A stretch of 64,000 nucleotides of DNA from positions 1 to 64,000 of the IMG/VR virus record IMGVR_UViG_3300043446_004437; one strand, 5' to 3'. The position numbers and the translations under genes are program-made. Of this stretch, positions 51,899-58,351 are shown in pieces; positions within the stretch are counted from its first letter, which is position 1; each line of letters begins with the position of its first letter. The notes beneath the pieces were generated by a model. The model ran no database searches. It was not told the DNA's origin and was given only the letters and a program-made list of their open reading frames with translations.

Positions 51899-52225
51899 AT
51901 GAAAGAAATGGAATGGTGTGGATGCATGGATGCGCGTTCATGGAAAGATGGCTTTGCTGACATCTTTAGCAGGGAGCTAGTAGAAGGTAAAAGAAAAGGT
52001 GAGTTGTATGAATTGTTTGAAGTGAAAAGCTTTGAAGAATTCAAGGATGAGTTAAGTGATATTGCATGGGGCATAGGACGTATTGTTGGTGGTTTGTTTG
52101 GTAAGCCATATGTACGGATTATTGGTGATGCAAAGCACTACAACAAGGTTGTTTCTCGTATAAATGAATATGGTTGTATGAGGAGCAAGCGATTCTTGGT
52201 TAACGGCGAATGTCCAAACAAGTGA
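51899..52225 (+). CDS. Hypothetical protein
   Basis: AAGGAG SD; 108 aa. Confidence 0.65.
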   Translation: MKEMEWCGCMDARSWKDGFADIFSRELVEGKRKGELYELFEVKSFEEFKDELSDIAWGIGRIVGGLFGKPYVRIIGDAKHYNKVVSRINEYGCMRSKRFLVNGECPNK

Positions 52226-52239
52226 TTAAGGAGAACAAC

Positions 52240-52671
52240 ATGAAAGAAAAAGCGATAATCGTTGACATTGATGGCACTTTATTTGAAGAGGCGCCAGGCT
52301 GGACAATGGAGACTGATGCATGGTGGGTGGAAGAAACACTTAAGATGCGTGAGTTGGAAGTTGGGATTGGATTAATTAAGGTATTTAAGGAGATGGGATT
52401 TAAGTTGGTTTTCTTGACAGCAAGAGGACAAAGCTGCAAGAAGAACACTTGGATCAGATTTAAGAAAGCAGGCATTCATAGCTTGGTGGACTCGATGTGG
52501 CACAGGCCAATTAAGTGGAGCGAATTACCACCAGTTGAATACAAGAGGCTTATGATGCAACGGATTATGAAAAAGTATGATGTTGTATTTGCTATGGATG
52601 ATAGCGATAAGAACCTGGAAATGTTCAAGGGTTTGGGAATTAAAGTATTCGATGCAAAGAAATGGTGGTAA
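52240..52671 (+). CDS. HAD-family phosphatase (PNK phosphatase-like)
   Basis: IVDIDGTL, LTAR, K, AMDDS motifs I-IV. Confidence 0.85.
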   Translation: MKEKAIIVDIDGTLFEEAPGWTMETDAWWVEETLKMRELEVGIGLIKVFKEMGFKLVFLTARGQSCKKNTWIRFKKAGIHSLVDSMWHRPIKWSELPPVEYKRLMMQRIMKKYDVVFAMDDSDKNLEMFKGLGIKVFDAKKWW

Positions 52672-52673
52672 AC

Positions 52674-53078
52674 ATGAAAACGTTGGAACAAATCAAGCAA
52701 TACATTCTTAATACTGGTGTACTGTGGCACCTTACCACAGAGGCTAACAGTAGGCGGATAGTTAATGGTGGGATGGTGCTTACGCCTACCAACAACAGGG
52801 TTTATTTCTATGTAAATCCATCGGTGACACCATCAGACTATGATCTTTGCAGGTCGTATGTTAATGCAGATGGGGTGTATGTGTACATGCGTAACCTTGA
52901 TATGTGGCAGGTAGAGGTTACTCAAGAGATGCTTGACAACATGCATCTAGACATGGCGTTGAATGAGTTCCACCCAGGTGCAGCTGTCTACATTGAGGGT
53001 GTTGAAATCAAAGCTACCCTCCATACTCCTAGCGCACGAAAGATCGGTGTGCCATGTACTGAGTACCGCAACAAATAA
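52674..53078 (+). CDS. Hypothetical protein, possible ART/Tpt1-like fold
   Basis: LWHLTT..N..I..GG...VYF pattern. Confidence 0.45.
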   Translation: MKTLEQIKQYILNTGVLWHLTTEANSRRIVNGGMVLTPTNNRVYFYVNPSVTPSDYDLCRSYVNADGVYVYMRNLDMWQVEVTQEMLDNMHLDMALNEFHPGAAVYIEGVEIKATLHTPSARKIGVPCTEYRNK

Positions 53079-53139
53079 GGCGAAACCCTACCAAGGGTCA
53101 CTGTGGGATGACTGCCCACGGTCTGAAGAAGCCAAGTCA
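53079..53139 (+). ncRNA. Hammerhead ribozyme, type II with loop-I pseudoknot
   Basis: GGC-GAAA-stem III-GUC-stem I-CUGAAGA-A-GCC; TGACT/AGTCA pseudoknot. Confidence 0.8.
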
Positions 53140-53151
53140 AATTAAACAACA

Positions 53152-53539
53152 GTGCTACTGTTCTTTACTTGCTGTCCAGGTTGTTAAGTAAACAACAAAC
53201 AACAAGGAGAAAAACATGCACATATTGTCAGAAATCATCCTGGTGCTCTTCGCCGTATCGGTGATTGGCATCTTCGTTCTCACCATTGTTGGTGAGGTGG
53301 CATGGAGCTTGCTGGCTATTGCCGGCAAGATCAACAGGAAGTACGGTTCCTACGAAGCGGTGAAGGCTGCTGCGTTTGGGGTGGTGTACTACATGCTGCT
53401 GGCAAGTCAGAGTAACTCAACGTTTGTCGTGTGGTTTCTCACAATCTTCATGACATTGGGTTTTCTGAATCGTGTACGACAGAAGGCAGTAAGTAAGTAA
53501 GTAAGTAAAACCTGGACAGCAAGTAAAGGACAGTAGCAC
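53152..53539. repeat. 31-bp inverted repeats (53152-53182 and 53509-53539) enclosing one gene
   Basis: 30/31 complementary; the single difference is a G.U pair on the + transcript. Confidence 0.9.
53216..53500 (+). CDS. Small membrane protein
   Basis: 94 aa, about three hydrophobic helices, AAGGAG SD. Confidence 0.7.
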   Translation: MHILSEIILVLFAVSVIGIFVLTIVGEVAWSLLAIAGKINRKYGSYEAVKAAAFGVVYYMLLASQSNSTFVVWFLTIFMTLGFLNRVRQKAVSK

Positions 53540-53562
53540 ATAAACAAACAAAGGAGAAAGAA

Positions 53563-53808
53563 ATGTCAGCAAACCCTGAGCAGCAGGCTCGTGACGCCGT
53601 CATGAGCAAGTTGAAGATGATCAAGTCCTTGGACTTGACCCCAAATGAGTTGGAGTCCACCGAGCAGGAGGAGATCGAGTACCGTGCGATCTACGAGCTC
53701 GTGCTCAACGAGGGCATCGCACGTGGTTTCGAGCCTCGCGTGGTCTGCGCGATCCTTGGTCAGGCTCTCAACCTTGCTGCTGCAACCTGGTGGATCAGCC
53801 GGAAGTAG
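53563..53808 (+). CDS. Hypothetical protein
   Basis: AAAGGAG SD; 81 aa. Confidence 0.7.
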   Translation: MSANPEQQARDAVMSKLKMIKSLDLTPNELESTEQEEIEYRAIYELVLNEGIARGFEPRVVCAILGQALNLAAATWWISRK

Positions 53809-53822
53809 CTGATTGCAATAAA

Positions 53823-53887
53823 AGTAACCCCTGGGGACTTCGGTCCCTGGGGGTTTCTTTTTTATGACTAGGGAAAAGGTTTCTAGT
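53823..53887 (+). repeat. Cassette copy 5
   Basis: UUCG hairpin, T tract, ACTAGGGA-AAAGG-TTTCTAGT. Confidence 0.8.
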
Positions 53888-53914
53888 TTACAGTTAAACA
53901 AAGGAGAAAAACAA

Positions 53915-54217
53915 ATGATGAAACTAATTGAAGTTCGTCGTGACAACGAGGAGACGGAAATTCTTCTGCTCGATGTCATTTCAACCCATGACGAATGGGA
54001 AAAGATGAACGAAGAAGAACACAGGCGAGTCGATGAGTTGCTTGCTAACCAGCGAAACGACGAGTCCGGCATGCTCGTCGCTCGAGACCCAGATGATGGG
54101 TCTATGATCATCTTCCCCGAAGATACGGTTGTGGCAACACTTGACAAGTACAACTTTGCGACTGTCGTCTGGGCTGGCAAGTTTCCAAATTTTGTGTGCA
54201 GAATTTTGCGTAAGTAA
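53915..54217 (+). CDS. Acidic hypothetical protein
   Basis: AAAGGAG SD. Confidence 0.65.
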   Translation: MMKLIEVRRDNEETEILLLDVISTHDEWEKMNEEEHRRVDELLANQRNDESGMLVARDPDDGSMIIFPEDTVVATLDKYNFATVVWAGKFPNFVCRILRK

Positions 54218-54228
54218 TCGCAATCATC

Positions 54229-54296
54229 GTTGCAATGCAGTGAGATAGCATAAGAGTTGGTTCGTCCTGCTTGTGCTATCAACTCTGTTGTGCAAC
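54229..54296 (+). ncRNA. Structured RNA motif, copy 1 (long hairpin with 3x4 internal loop)
   Basis: GATAGCATAAG/CTTGTGCTATC helix; homologous to 54637-54709. Confidence 0.6.
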
Positions 54297-54325
54297 ATCA
54301 ACAGATAACAGAAACAGAGATAACA

Positions 54326-54625
54326 ATGGCATTGTACAAGACAATGAACAACAAAGAAAAGCGTCGTCACACAGCCGAGTTTGTTGGCAAACTTTGGAAT
54401 GAGTCAGACCGACTCGTATCCGAGGCTGGCAAAATCGTGCTTGGTTGCATTCATAGCGAAGTGCAACTTGCTGGCGACAAAGAGAATCCACGCAACATCA
54501 AGTTCGACCTCAATGACGAACTCCGTGATGTCGTCGAGGCTTTCCGCACGAACTACATACTCATCAGGCACTACTCGAAGGTTCTTGGCGAACTGGATGC
54601 GTTGGTTGCCGAGGAGCAGAAGTAA
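54326..54625 (+). CDS. Hypothetical protein
   Basis: 99-aa ORF between the two motif copies. Confidence 0.6.
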   Translation: MALYKTMNNKEKRRHTAEFVGKLWNESDRLVSEAGKIVLGCIHSEVQLAGDKENPRNIKFDLNDELRDVVEAFRTNYILIRHYSKVLGELDALVAEEQK

Positions 54626-54636
54626 CCGTAATCCGA

Positions 54637-54709
54637 TTCGTACTCGGTGAGAGCGCACAAGAGATTTCCACACTAGGTATCGCTTGTGCGTTCAACTCTG
54701 TGGTATGAA
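54637..54709 (+). ncRNA. Structured RNA motif, copy 2
   Basis: GAGCGCACAAG/CTTGTGCGTTC helix with compensatory changes. Confidence 0.6.
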
Positions 54710-54761
54710 CCATAGACACAAGTTTGCAAATGCAAACTCGTGAACAGACAAGGAGAAACAA

Positions 54762-54953
54762 ATGGCTAGGATCAAGTCGGCCACCACGATCAACCCCAAG
54801 CGGTTGCGCAGGCCCAAGCACAGGGAGCTCTTGCAGCTCTTGCCCATGATGGAGTCCCTCCACGCGATGAACGGGTATGGCATCCGTACTCCAGAGGACT
54901 ACCGCCACCACTGGCGCAAGCCAAAGAACTCAAAGCCCAAGCTCAAGAAGTAG
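54762..54953 (+). CDS. Small highly basic protein
   Basis: AAGGAG SD; K/R-rich. Confidence 0.65.
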   Translation: MARIKSATTINPKRLRRPKHRELLQLLPMMESLHAMNGYGIRTPEDYRHHWRKPKNSKPKLKK

Positions 54954-55031
54954 CTGTCGGCTTAAAATCGCAAACTACCCAAGGACAAAGTCCTCCTGCC
55001 ATTGAGCAGGTAAAAAGGAGGTGAATTAAAA

Positions 55032-55313
55032 ATGAGCGACAAGACCTACACTCTCAACGAAATCGTTGAGTCAGTCAGGAAGCACTACAACTTTCTGTTT
55101 TGGCAGACGAACGGCGAGCGAACGACTGCTTCAGCTTCTGAAGCACTCCTCGTACTTGCTGTTATCGCCGGCCTTGACGAGGCAGCACATGCCAAGTGGA
55201 CGGTTGCGGACATCACGCAGATTCTTGTGGACGGCAACGTCATGCCACAAGAGGAGGCGCAGAAGTTCGCCACCAGCTGCGTTGATGAGTACAACAACGT
55301 AACGTTGTACTAA
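55032..55313 (+). CDS. Hypothetical protein
   Basis: AAAGGAGGTG SD; 93 aa. Confidence 0.7.
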   Translation: MSDKTYTLNEIVESVRKHYNFLFWQTNGERTTASASEALLVLAVIAGLDEAAHAKWTVADITQILVDGNVMPQEEAQKFATSCVDEYNNVTLY

Positions 55314-55322
55314 GAAAAACAA

Positions 55323-55389
55323 AGAATAACCCCTGGGGACTTCGGTCCCTGGGGGTTTTCTTTTTTATGACTAGAGGAAGAGCCTCTAG
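55323..55389 (+). repeat. Cassette copy 6
   Basis: UUCG hairpin, T tract, CTAGAGG-AAGAG-CCTCTAG. Confidence 0.8.
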
Positions 55390-55445
55390 CAAACCAAGGG
55401 CTTTGCCCTCCTGCTTTATGGCAGGTTAAAGGAGGTGAACTGAAA

Positions 55446-55589
55446 ATGAAAGTCAACACCTACGCAAGCGAGCGTGGTTACGGCAACTTCTGCGATGCAT
55501 GCATCCAGAGGGAGTCCGAAAACCTCGTGCAGGTGGAGTTCGTCTGTGAGACGGACGCACCGTGCGCAGGCTGCTCCGAAAAGGAGTAG
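55446..55589 (+). CDS. 47-aa Cys-rich protein
   Basis: AAAGGAGGTG SD; CDAC and CAGC. Confidence 0.65.
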   Translation: MKVNTYASERGYGNFCDACIQRESENLVQVEFVCETDAPCAGCSEKE

Positions 55590-55663
55590 TTTGCGATTGC
55601 GAAGTATGGGCTAGTACCCCATCCAGAGCAGTAGTGACGCTTTGTTAAAAATAATCACTCGTT

Positions 55664-55730
55664 AAGATTCCCCTGGGGGCTTATGCCCCTGGGGGGTCTT
55701 TTTTTTATGACTAGTGGATAGGCCACTAGT
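55664..55730 (+). repeat. Cassette copy 7
   Basis: Hairpin, T tract, ACTAGTGG-ATAGG-CCACTAGT. Confidence 0.8.
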
Positions 55731-55755
55731 TTATGCTCAAACAAAGGAGAAAACA

Positions 55756-56028
55756 ATGAGCAAAGCAACAAAAATGTTCATTGCACTCATCGTAGCTTTG
55801 GTTACGCTGCTGTGCTTTGGACTGATCAAGCAAAACCCAACCTATTGTGATGTGAGTTCTGTGTTCACGTCACCAGGTGACACGCTGTGGGGTATCGCAA
55901 AAGAGTACTGCCACGGTAACAGCACAACCATCATGGTTGATGACATCTTCCAGCTCAACCCAGAGTTGAAGAAGCGTGATCTTCAGCCATCAGAAACAGT
56001 CAAGCTTCCAACTAAAGGAGACAAATAA
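55756..56028 (+). CDS. TM + LysM domain protein
   Basis: PGDTLWGIA...IFQLNP...LQPSETVKLP after a hydrophobic helix. Confidence 0.8.
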   Translation: MSKATKMFIALIVALVTLLCFGLIKQNPTYCDVSSVFTSPGDTLWGIAKEYCHGNSTTIMVDDIFQLNPELKKRDLQPSETVKLPTKGDK

Positions 56029-56030
56029 CC

Positions 56031-57557
56031 ATGACAAACAAAACAACAAACAACACAGCTGCAGTGCCAAAAGACACACTGTACGCCAAGTTCAGGAGGG
56101 CTCTCTACAAGGCAGTAGAGAACCAAGTTAACTTCAAAGACATGCAGTTCGATGCAAATGGCAGGTGCTATTTGTCTTGTGCTATGAAGAATTGTGGTTA
56201 CGATCACTACACTCGTGGAATGATTGCAACCGCACAACGCAAAGCAAACGGTAAGGGATGGGTAATATTCTTTACCATTGCAATGCCAACAGCAGGTGAG
56301 GTTGAAGATGAGATGTTTGAGGGAGAACGTAACTCCTTCAAGCCACGCAAGGGCAACAAAGTGTTCATGCGTGATCTTCCAATCAGGCTCACAATCAACG
56401 AAACACCATCTGGAGTTAAGCTCCTGTGGTTCTTCAAGAACAAGCCACAATGGGGTATGAACGCATTATGGGCTACAAACGCACATCTGTATTCAATGGA
56501 ACCACTTGTCCAAGATCTATTTAAACAAATTGAACAGTGGTATTCTCCGGCAGACTTCATCCCAATTGCAAAGTACCTTCGCCATTCATCGGTAGAAAAC
56601 ATTTTCTACGGAGATATGTTGTATGGTTTCCCGGATAAATGGATAAACAACCTTTCTGGCGGGACAAATCCTCGGGATATCTTGAATAAGGCCTATGGAA
56701 AGTCTGGTCAGCATGGGCTTAGCAAGAACGCCTTTGGTGGAGTTGCAAACTTCACATCGTTGGAGCAGCTTGCAACAGCATACAAGCTGGTGTCATGTCT
56801 CAGGTCGTTTCCACCTCATTTCTTTGATCGGATTAAAATCACTGATACAGAGAACATGCGATTCCCAGGAGATCAGCCCAATGGTCTTCCAATGATTAAG
56901 TATTTCTTTAAATACTTTAATCACAAGAAAATCTTGGATGATGCTGTTAGATATATCAGTATAGCTGATAGAAGAGCTGATGGCGATTCTTTACTCATAC
57001 ACCCAGATGAACCAGAAGATATTCATTTTGACTGGGATTTCTTTGGAACTAGCTCAATGATGATCTACAGCAGAGACGCAGGAAGAATGCTTCACCAGAT
57101 AAGAGATCGTGCTGTGCGTAGAAACATTCTTGCTTTCAAAGGAAACATTCGTGAAACTCATGACTTAATTATGTCTGAGTTCAACAAGTTGAAGACTGAA
57201 GACAAGAAGATCAAATACAACAAGAAATATGCGGTATTGGATAATCAAATGGTGACAAATAACATTGTTTCCGTTCTTCCGAAATCAACACACGATCTTG
57301 TTTCGTGGGGTTCAGACCAGCACAACTGTATTGGCAGCTACGCGAACAAGGTAATGCAGCCTTCAAAGACAATCATTGTTGGATTTAAGAATCAAACAAC
57401 AAATGATTGGATTGGACACGCTGAATTGAGTCAAACAACAAATGGTTGGGTAGTTATCCAGCTCAGAGGAAAGTACAACCAAATTCTTGAAGACAACGAT
57501 AACAAGGTAATTCGCAAGTTCATCGACAATGTGTTCAAGACCTGGAAAAACGTTTAA
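56031..57557 (+). CDS. PcfJ-like domain protein
   Basis: LPKS..DL..WG..QHNCIGSY...QLRGKYN C-terminal motif. Confidence 0.75.
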   Translation: MTNKTTNNTAAVPKDTLYAKFRRALYKAVENQVNFKDMQFDANGRCYLSCAMKNCGYDHYTRGMIATAQRKANGKGWVIFFTIAMPTAGEVEDEMFEGERNSFKPRKGNKVFMRDLPIRLTINETPSGVKLLWFFKNKPQWGMNALWATNAHLYSMEPLVQDLFKQIEQWYSPADFIPIAKYLRHSSVENIFYGDMLYGFPDKWINNLSGGTNPRDILNKAYGKSGQHGLSKNAFGGVANFTSLEQLATAYKLVSCLRSFPPHFFDRIKITDTENMRFPGDQPNGLPMIKYFFKYFNHKKILDDAVRYISIADRRADGDSLLIHPDEPEDIHFDWDFFGTSSMMIYSRDAGRMLHQIRDRAVRRNILAFKGNIRETHDLIMSEFNKLKTEDKKIKYNKKYAVLDNQMVTNNIVSVLPKSTHDLVSWGSDQHNCIGSYANKVMQPSKTIIVGFKNQTTNDWIGHAELSQTTNGWVVIQLRGKYNQILEDNDNKVIRKFIDNVFKTWKNV

Positions 57558-57587
57558 CCAAAACAACAGCCTTAAGGAGGCAAAGCA

Positions 57588-58073
57588 ATGAATAGGTATC
57601 AGTTCACATTCTCCGATAACGGAGAAAAGATGATTGTTGAGGCAGACAACTTAGTCGACCTCACCCCAATCATTCAAGGATTCAACAACCAAAAGAGAGG
57701 CTGCACCATAAAGCGTGTATCCGATCCTCAGGTTGCTGAAGAAAACACAAACACAAACAAAGGAGAAAACATGAGCAAGATCCAAGAAACCTGCCCACGC
57801 TGCAAAGGCACGGGCAAGTACCAAGACAAGGAAGACAGCAAGTGCTTTAAGTGCAGTGGGAAGAAGGTTGTGTTTTACGACCCGATGAGCAAGGCACAAA
57901 TCGGCTTGATCAGGATACTGTTCAAGGAGGCACGGCCGGCAATGTCCGTTGACAAGCAGGAAAACCTGATCTCCATTATGGAGAAGCACATCAGCGGAAC
58001 CGAGCTCAAGTCCACCTTGTGGGCAAGCGCAGCAATCGACACTCTCAAGACGTACGCAGGAGGTACAAAATGA
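57588..58073 (+). CDS. Protein with a DnaJ-type Zn finger; internal start at 57771
   Basis: CPRCKGTG and CFKCSG; second AAAGGAG SD in frame. Confidence 0.65.
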   Translation: MNRYQFTFSDNGEKMIVEADNLVDLTPIIQGFNNQKRGCTIKRVSDPQVAEENTNTNKGENMSKIQETCPRCKGTGKYQDKEDSKCFKCSGKKVVFYDPMSKAQIGLIRILFKEARPAMSVDKQENLISIMEKHISGTELKSTLWASAAIDTLKTYAGGTK

Positions 58074-58351
58074 GAACATCACCAAGATGCGTTGGCACAA
58101 CACGTGCTGGCAAACAGTGTTTGAGGAGTGAAAACTGCCCCAAGCACAAAGAAGCCAATGCAAAAGCAAAGGCAAAATGGAATGCCATAGAGTCAAACAA
58201 GACCTTAAAGCATTTCATGCGCACAAACGGTGGGGCAGAGCTTCCATTGGAATACATACCCTTAACAAAGGCGCAAATCAGAAACCTGGTGAACCAGGGG
58301 CACATTGAGGCCTGTGGTCGCCCATACTTTACCGAGGAGGTAACGCAATGA
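58070..58351 (+). CDS. Small Zn-finger protein
   Basis: C..TT..G..C.....CPKH; AGGAGG SD. Confidence 0.65.
   Translation: MRTSPRCVGTTRAGKQCLRSENCPKHKEANAKAKAKWNAIESNKTLKHFMRTNGGAELPLEYIPLTKAQIRNLVNQGHIEACGRPYFTEEVTQ

Noticed and set aside
54637-54712. tRNA-like look (GGTGAGAGCGC, GTTCAACTC, terminal ACCA)
   Set aside because: The T-stem does not pair and those segments pair with each other; no cloverleaf. No tRNA was found in the window
50481-55730. CRISPR array
   Set aside because: Repeats are irregularly spaced and separated by whole genes; no cas genes
53864-55755. ORF-track starts at 53864 and 55714
   Set aside because: They fall inside the repeat cassette; strong SD-ATG pairs lie downstream at 53915 and 55756
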